A stretch of 64,000 nt of DNA from Bugula neritina (Eukaryota > Animalia > Bryozoa), in the NCBI GenBank assembly GCA_964035545.1, contig OZ037768.1:5798741-5862740 (forward strand), in the 5' to 3' direction. The notes below the pieces were generated by a model. It was not told the origin of the DNA and did not search any database. It worked only from the letters and a program-made list of their open reading frames with translations. Of this stretch, positions 11,901 through 20,900 are shown in pieces; position 1 is the first letter of the stretch; every line of letters starts with the position of its first letter. The translations under genes and the position numbers were made by a program.

Positions 11901-14900
11901 GCTATTCATGTAGCTAATTCTTACCGTGTTTTAGCTGAACAGATATTAGCCAAAGTTCATTTTGCCAGCTGTAAAGACTTGATATCTCCTATCAGACATT
12001 TGCTGGCTACTATGTATAAAGTGCTAGTTCTGGCTGATTCAGTCATAGTCCAAGAAATCATCCAAGCCAAAGAGAAGGTGAATTGATTTTTATTTGTGTT
12101 TTCTACTATTTAGTAGTAATAAATGTACCGAACATGTGCAAAATACTCTTTATTTATCATTTATCTGGTTCAAAGAATAAATTAACAAATGCGAGTATGT
12201 TTTCCCACGTATCCTGTACATGTGTATGGATATTGTGTTTATATGATAAATGTAAATCAACATTCAAGTGCAAGCTGATTCACTTAATAATTTATCACAC
12301 AAGTGCTGTAAATCAATAAGTCTTGTAAGTTAGTACTGCTCAAACTTGCTCTTCAATTTTGTTTTTAGGTCTACGATAAATTAGACTATTTGTCTAAGGT
12401 GACCAACTTCACAGATTTTCTTAATAATTTCTCAAACTTTGGTGCGCAAATGGTTGAATTTGGCAAATTGACTGGCGAACGTCAAATGGTGAGTGTTTAT
12501 GTATGCAGAATCAAGATTTTAAGCACTCAAAATTGTAGATGATCTTTAATTTGATGGCTATATTATATCAGCTTAACTTGTTTTACGAATTGATTTAGTT
12601 TTAGTTTTTTTAATTTTTAAAGACTTTTCTAAAGATAACATGAATAGGAATTATAATTCTTTGTAATAATTGTTTTTATGGTAAAAAATGTTTAGACTGT
12701 CCTGGTACTGTAGGATATGAAGAAAGAGCTAGACGCAGCAAAGACAGCCTGTCTGAGAGGCTTCCTCGAAAAGAGTACAGTAATATATCTGACATCTTGT
12801 AAGGCAGGTTGCTATGCTAAGCAGAATTCAGTGTCACCAGTCTGAGTCAGTGATATGTAATGGTTGAAAGATAAGCTACTGATTGCTCACACTGAGCACT
12901 CACAATGCTTTAAATAGTGAAACAAACCCACCTACTCATTCATAATATTTTAGTATAATTGTCAGCTGAAAAGCCATCTTTACTCTACAGTTCATTTGAT
13001 TTGTTGTGCACAGTGTTTAGGATTTTTCTAGTATGCACCAGTGTCACAAATTCTGAGTGTACATATACCTATAAATAGACTTACCGGGTTTTTCCTAATG
13101 ATTATACAGGAATGTTCATAAATATTCTAGACTAATCAAAGAGATGGGTCATTGTTCATTGTTACTGTTTTGGTTAGTCATGTTAACTACTGCCCAGCAA
13201 TGTAAACAAGGTATTGCGCAATAATTGCGAAATAACCATGGAAATTCCAATGTTTTGTTTTGTTTTGATTTTCTATAAATAGTATTGGCATGTGGGGAAT
13301 GTTTTCTACTAGAATCTTCTATACTGGAATGCTTGAGAATGTTCTAGAGTGTTTTGTTTACTATAAATACTGAGGCAGTTGTGTTTACGAATCAGTTCAC
13401 TCTTATAAGTTCATCTGTGCATATCTTACTGAAGAAATAAAGTCTACTCTATTTACTCTCAACTGGATTAGCAAGCTGTATGCTACTTGTCTCTATACTT
13501 CTGACTACCAGACTTTTCGAACTCGTCACACTGCTACCAACAGTTTTGTGACAATTGGGGGCTGCTCCGGGAAGTCTCAGTCGCACACAGGGAAGTTATT
13601 AGTTACAACGTGAGTATACACAGGATTAATTAACAGTTGTTGAGACATTATGGCGTTGTTGGAGAGAGTGACACAGATGGGTAAAGATCTTGGATTGGTG
13701 GAGGACAAGCTCGTAGCTTTTGTTGAAAAGAACCTACCCATTGTTGCTGCACAAGAGGAAAAAGAAAAGGACCGAGAGGAGCGTAGATTAGAGCGTGAGG
13801 CAGAAAAGATCAGGCAAGAAAATGAGAAAGCCCTAATGGAGATGAAGATAAAAGCTGATCAGGAGGCAACGGCATTCAAGGTTAAAGCTGATCAGGAGAC
13901 AATGGCACTCAAGATAAAAGCTGACCAGGAGGCAGAAGAGAGAAGACAACAACATGAATTAGATATGGAAAAGCTGAAAGCTAACACAAGTTTGGAGCAC
14001 TCAAGACATGAGAGCACCAGGTTAGAAATAGCTAACAAACCAAAACCAAAAATACCATTCTTTGATGAGAAGGTGGATGAAATGGATAGCTATTTAGAGC
14101 GGTTCGAGTGGGTTGCCGAAGGATGTAACTGGGACAAGGGAGATTGGCCCTACCATCTCAGTCAGTACCTAAGGGGTACAGCAACAGAAGCTTACATCCG
14201 GCTGTCACCTACCGATCGTAGAGATTATAAAAAAGTCAAAGAAGCCTTGTTGGAGCGCTTTAACTTGACTCAAGAGGGCTACAGAAAAAAGCTCAGAGAG
14301 GCAGAAGCTTACGAGGATGAAACTCCTGCCCAACTGTTCACTAGGATAGAAAGTTATGTGCACAAGTGGGTAGAACTTTCAGGGGGCATGGACATAGCCA
14401 AACTAGTGGCGACTGAACAATTTATATCATCATGCCCAGACGACCTAGCTGTGCATTTAAAGCAAAGTTCCTACAACAGCAGTGAGGATATGTGTGATGC
14501 AGCGTCACTGTTTTTGCACGCCCGTGGAAGAAAACTAGCAAAGACTAAGAAAACTAATATAAAAAGGATGGAAAACACACCCACCGGTAGCATGAATGCT
14601 GAACAAGGAAGTAAAAGTGAGGGTGCATGTTTCATCTGCAAAGATAAGTCACACATTGCTCGTAATTGCCCACGGCGAGGGAAGAAGTACTGTTCACATT
14701 GCAAGATGAACAACCACAATACTTCCGACTGCAGAAAGTATGGTGGGAGGTCAGTGCATGCTGCTGCTGCAATAGCGATTACTCAGAATAAGACTGTGGT
14801 CACAGATCCAGGAATCTCATCTAAAGGGGAAGAACCTACGGAAATCACAGTTAATGGTAAAAAGTTTGTCAACGCTGCTGTCTGCAAGAATGGACCTAAA

Positions 14901-17900
14901 TTCAAAGATGGGGGCACAGCAATATTTGATGCGGAAGTCAATGGCCAACGAGCTACTGTAATGCGCGACACCGGCTGTGGTTGCATTGTAGTCAATGCAA
15001 AGTATGTGCAATCTCAACATTTAACTGGAGAATCAGTTTATCTGAATATGGCTGATGCAAGTGTTAGGGAGGCTCAGTGGGCACTTATCTCAGTGCGCTC
15101 ACCATTTTACAATGGTGTTGTCAAAGCTGCAGTAATGGACAAGACGATTTGTGACCTGCTTATTGGGAATGTGGATGGAGCGAGATCAGCTGACCAACCG
15201 CTGGAAAACTGGAAGGACTGCGCCGTAACCACAAGAGCTCAAGCTGTCAAGGAGAAGTCAGGAGACAAACCCCTGATGATTGATTCAAATGCTAACCCAT
15301 TAAGTATAGGGAAAGATGAAATAGCCAGACTGCAGAGGGATGACCCCACATTGGAGCGTTTCTTCGATGCAAAAGAAGTGAAGGAGAAAAAGGGATGCAC
15401 CACCAGGTTTGTGGTGAGGAATAAGATTCTGTACCGTGAGTACACCGACTCGAAGTCTGTCAGTGTAAAACCTGTTAAACAACTCATGGTACCCAGTTCA
15501 CTGAGAAAGGAAGTTCTACAGAAAGCTCATGACTGCATAATGAGCGGACACCTAGGAGTAAAGAAAACCACTGATAGAGTGCTTTCCAACTTCTTTTGGC
15601 CAGGACTAAACGGAGATGTCGTACGTTTCTGTCAATCATGTGACATTTGCCAGAAGACGGTGAAAAAAGGCTCAGTCATGAAAGTTCCAGTACAGGAAAC
15701 TCCACTAATTGACACCCCATTCAAGAGATGTGCAATAGACCTAATCGGACCAATTAACCCTCCAAGTGAGAAAGGACACCGCTACATCCTAACTTTAGTT
15801 GACTATGCTACAAGATACCCTGAAGCTACACCATTGAAGAATATTGACTCAGCTACTGTAGCTGAAGCGCTGCTTGACATATACAGTCGTGTTGGGATAC
15901 CAGAGGAGGTGATAAGCGACCAAGGAACTCAATTCATCTCGGATTACATGAAAGAGTTTACCAGATTACTTGACATGCGACAACTTCCTACCTCACCATA
16001 CCATGCAATGGCCAATGGACTTGTGGAAAAGTTCAACGGAACCCTCAAGAGTATGTTAAAAAAGTTGTGTGCTAAAGAGCCAAGACAGTGGCATCGGTTC
16101 ATCAATGCGGCTCTATTTGCATATAGAGAAGTCCCACAGGAATCAACAGGCTTCGCCCCATTCGAGTTACTCTATGGAAGAACTGTACGTGGACCAATGT
16201 ACATCCTGCGACAACTTTGGACAAAAGAAGACACCGCCGATGAAGTCAAGACCTGCTATCAACATGTTTTTGAATTGAGAGAGCGTTTAGATGACATGAT
16301 GGAAATGGCACTAGCTTCGCTAAAAGACAGTCAAAAAAGATACAAACACTATTTTGACAAGAAAGCTAAGCAGAGAGACTTCAGACCTGGTGACAAAGTG
16401 CTCATTCTTCTACCTACGGATGGAAATAAATTGCTGATGCATTGGCAAGGACCATTCAATATTGAGGAGAAAGTCAGACTGAATGACTACATTATCAACA
16501 TTAGAGGCAAGAGGAGAACATACCATGCCAACATGCTGAAGAAATATTTTGAGCGGGAGGCGCCTACCGACCCTATGACTGTTGGAGCTGTGATGACTTT
16601 AGATGCTGCTGGTACTGGAGTTATTGATCATGATGAGGAAAGAGAAGAAGGCCAAGATGATTTGTTGGACCTGTACGGCAAGAAACAGCAGACAGAAACA
16701 AGCAAAGATGTCATTCTGGGTGAAGAGCTGGAGAATCAGCAAAGAAGACGGCTGGAGGAGTTAATAAGAAAGTTTGAAGGTATCTTCAGTGACTTGCCAG
16801 GAAATGCAACGGGAATAGAACATTCTATCGAGCTCACGACTGATGAGCCAGTGAAATCCAAACCATATGGATTGCCCTACAGGGTAAGAGAAACTCTCAA
16901 GGCGGACATCGAGGATATGTTGAAGATGGGTGTTATTCGGCCATCTACCTCTCCCTACGCCTCACCAACGGTGATAGTAAAGAAGCCAGATGGAAGCAAC
17001 AGGATTTGTATAGACTATCGCAAACTAAACCGAGTCACAGTATTCGATCCTGAACCAATGGTGAAAACAGATGACGTTTTCAGAAAGCTCAGTAAAGATA
17101 AATACTTTACCAAACTTGATTTATCCAAGGGATACTGGCAAATACCAGTGAAGAAAGAAGATATTCCTAAAACTGCATTTGTGACACCCGATGGACATTA
17201 TGAATTCATCAAGATGCCATTTGGGATGGTTAACTCTGGAGCGACACTGGTGAGAGGGTTGAGAAAACTTTTTGTAAATCTGAAAGGAGTGGACAACTAC
17301 ATTGATGACATTCTAGTGCACACGGAAAGTTGGGAAGAACACGTTAAAACGCTAACAGAAGTTTTCAGCCGGCTTGCCACAGCTGGACTTACCGTTAGAC
17401 CAAGTAAATGTAGAGTAGGAGGAACAAACACGGAGTTCATCGGACATAAACTTTACAGGGGTGAAATTAAACCAATGGATGACAACATTGAGAAAATTAG
17501 GGCTGCGCCAAGGCCAACCAATAAGACGCAAGTGAGATCGTTCATTGGACTTACTAGTTACTACAGAGAATATATTCCTCATTATTCAACTATAGCGAGT
17601 CCATTAACAGATTTAACAAAGAAGGGAGAACCAAAGAAAGTCAAATGGCAGGAACCACAAGAGAAAGCGTACACCAGCTTAAAAACAATGCTGACAAGTG
17701 CGCCAATTTTGAAATTACCAGATGTACACAAACCGTTTGTGCTAAGGACTGATGCATCAGATGTTGGGCTAGGGGCAGTGCTGATGCAGCCTCAGGATGG
17801 AAAGCTGTTCCCTGTGAGTTACGCAAGTAGGAAACTACTAGACCGAGAGAGAAACTACTCAGCCATAGAGAAGGAATGCTTAGCTGTGGTATGGGCGGTC

Positions 17901-20900
17901 AAGAAATATCTACAATATTTATATGGTGTGGAGTTCGTGCTGCAGACTGATCACCAACCGTTGGTGTACATCAACCAGGCCAAATTTGAGAACAGCAGAG
18001 TGATGAGATGGGCTATGTATTTACAGAACTTCAGAATCAAGGTGGAGTCAATCAAAGGAAAGGACAATGTTGGAGCCGATTATCTAAGCCGAATTGACTC
18101 AGAATTTTAAGTAGTTAGGAGAAATGATCAAGATAATTTCTCTTAGAATGGGGGGTTGTCACAAATTCTGAGTGTACATATACCTATAAATAGACTTACC
18201 GGGTTTTTCCTAATGATTATACAGGAATGTTCATAAATATTCTAGACTAATCAAAGAGATGGGTCATTGTTCATTGTTACTGTTTTGGTTAGTCATGTTA
18301 ACTACTGCCCAGCAATGTAAACAAGGTATTGCGCAATAATTGCGAAATAACCATGGAAATTCCAATGTTTTGTTTTGTTTTGATTTTCTATAAATAGTAT
18401 TGGCATGTGGGGAATGTTTTCTACTAGAATCTTCTATACTGGAATGCTTGAGAATGTTCTAGAGTGTTTTGTTTACTATAAATACTGAGGCAGTTGTGTT
18501 TACGAATCAGTTCACTCTTATAAGTTCATCTGTGCATATCTTACTGAAGAAATAAAGTCTACTCTATTTACTCTCAACTGGATTAGCAAGCTGTATGCTA
18601 CTTGTCTCTATACTTCTGACTACCAGACTTTTCGAACTCGTCACACTGCTACCAACAGTTTTGTGACAACCAGTAAGTGCAAAGTACATGTACATATATT
18701 TTATTTTTATGAGACTTACCCTGCTAGTCTGTTTGTAATACACATGCATGTAAAGGTAATAGAACATAGGTATAGGATATTTCATATTCAGGCAATGTTG
18801 GAAGTCTTGATGAAAAACAGAAATAACCAACTCCTTCTTCAAATAAACTACTAACTAGAAGCTAAAATTGTACAAACATCTGTCTCTTTATTGTTGGTGT
18901 TTTTATCTTTTGTGAAATTATGCTCATACCACTTGCATATGTGTAGATATGTCTGAGACACCCCTCTACCCCTCTTGGGAGAGACATTAGAACTAGTGTT
19001 GTTGGCCTAATGAAGAAAGGGCTAACTGAGATTATAGACATAATATGCTACTCGGCATGCGCCAACACCGATGATCAAGATAAAATACTCAACAAAGCTC
19101 TCAACGCTTACACCGTATGTTTATATCATGTTTTATATTAGCCGTGTTCTGTCAGCTGTTATTACAAGTTAAGCAGTTGTGGCAGTGACGGTCACAGTCT
19201 GTCGGTGTACTAAATTATGTCATCTTGCTGCTAACATTGCTTTTACATCATCAATGTTCATCTATTAGGGTAACCTGGTTTTAGTTGAATTCATATGCCA
19301 TTGTCTCTGAAATCAAATATTAATATTGTATCGAGTGATTTAATGCAGTTTTGAATTAATGACAATGCTTATCTATAGCTGATCATCAATGCACTTAGCT
19401 TTGTTTATTGCAAAATTCTTCAGTGACACAAAACATATACTCAGAGAGTGATGAATAATCTCTGCACAACAGAAGTTCAAAATTTTAGTTTTTACTTTAG
19501 TGCTGATAACTTCTCGTAACACTAGTTTATTCGAATGTGACTTCTACGAGATTGCGTCTTGTAGGATGCTTTGGAGATGTGTGCCATACTATCTGGGGAC
19601 ACAACTTCTGTGAATAAAGCTAAAGAGTGCTTCTCTGTAGTTGATGAGTATGTACACGAGTTTACTGACTCTGCATACACTCCTCATCAACACCGAGAGC
19701 TGATTATACTCACTTGTCAAAAGTGCAATGAAGAGCTAGAAAAACTTGCGGCGTTATCCACTTCGTCTTCGGTAAGCTAACTTGTCCTCCAATACTACTT
19801 TGTGGACTGTTGCTAGCAATTGGGCATGTGTGTGAATTTAAAGTGCGGTGTTGTATAACGATATACTGTAGTCTCATGTTGTTGTTTATTTACCAAATAT
19901 TTGTTAGTTGAAAATATGTTATTATTAATTGAATCGCTTAATTTGTGCCAGTGGGAAAATGAAAAGTATTTCACCAGGAATGTTAACAATAATGATGCTT
20001 TTGTTTCAAGTATAATTGTTTTTTGTTAGAAATTTACCCCGTGGTATTTATTCAAGGTAAGTCTGTGAATTGCTATGCAAAGTGATATGATTAAATATTT
20101 TGATAGGTTTCTCCTGATGCTACGGAGATTGCAATAGAAAACTGTCAGGTTGCTGTGCAAGATCTTAGGAGACAGGCAAGTTAAATCATTTACTGCTATT
20201 AGTCGCAGCAATCTTTTTATAGACCTTTTAGATTAACATGTTCTAACTCTGCCCAACATGTTGCTAGTCAAGAGGCATTTTCCTGCAATGACGGAAGGTT
20301 ATAAATATATACTCTGTGTTGGTAGATCGTGGAAATAGGCATGTGGGTAGGAGACTTTTTTGCTTTTGAGTTTTATTGTGTAGATTTGCTCAAGTGTAAT
20401 TCATTTATCTAGTGGTTGGCTGAAGTTCAAGGTTAGTGACTCGCATTTCAAAAATTCTATTATGTTGTTGCCAACACCACTGTTATTTTCAGTGGCTTGA
20501 ATTTTTTTTACTAAACCATCAACTTATCTTTGGAAAGAACTTGTAAATTTAGCCTACTCTTTGGCATAATATGGTATGCAACTCACTTGAGGAAACAGAA
20601 TATCTTTAGTGATCAATTTTTATAGCAATCTTGCTTAATTAACGACATACTCAGCGAGAATTGTGTTCAACTTAGTACTTGTAATAAAATGTTAACGTAA
20701 ACTTCAGCATCACTTGAGCTCTGTGCCAACAGCTGGCAGAAAAGTCAGGAGTTAGTATTTTGCGTGTCACTTTTTACACATAATTTATGTAAATGTTGAG
20801 TAGACAACTCCCAATATTTAGTACTTTGATGCTAAATTCATATTTATGTTCATTTCTTAAATTATTCTTTATAGTAAAAATGAGCACTAGCTTGTTTTAG

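Larger units (their letters stand above)
13042..18668 (+). mobile_element. Full-length Ty3/Gypsy LTR retrotransposon, Gmr1-type (PR-IN-RT-RH order), in alpha-catulin intron 5
   Basis: Two 512-bp LTRs (13042-13553, 18157-18668) with TG...CA ends and a 9-bp terminal inverted repeat TGTCACAAA/TTTGTGACA. 5-bp TSD ACCAG at 13037-13041 and 18669-18673. PBS, PPT and one intact 1486-aa ORF. Confidence 0.98.

Noticed and set aside
14471-17826. Antisense and alternative-frame ORFs inside the retrotransposon
   Set aside because: Short shadows of the long ORF with no recognisable motifs.
20626-20696. Alternative GT-AG candidate for alpha-catulin exon 8
   Set aside because: It ends in the wrong phase; 20107-20175 (QDLRRQ) fits both frame and homology.
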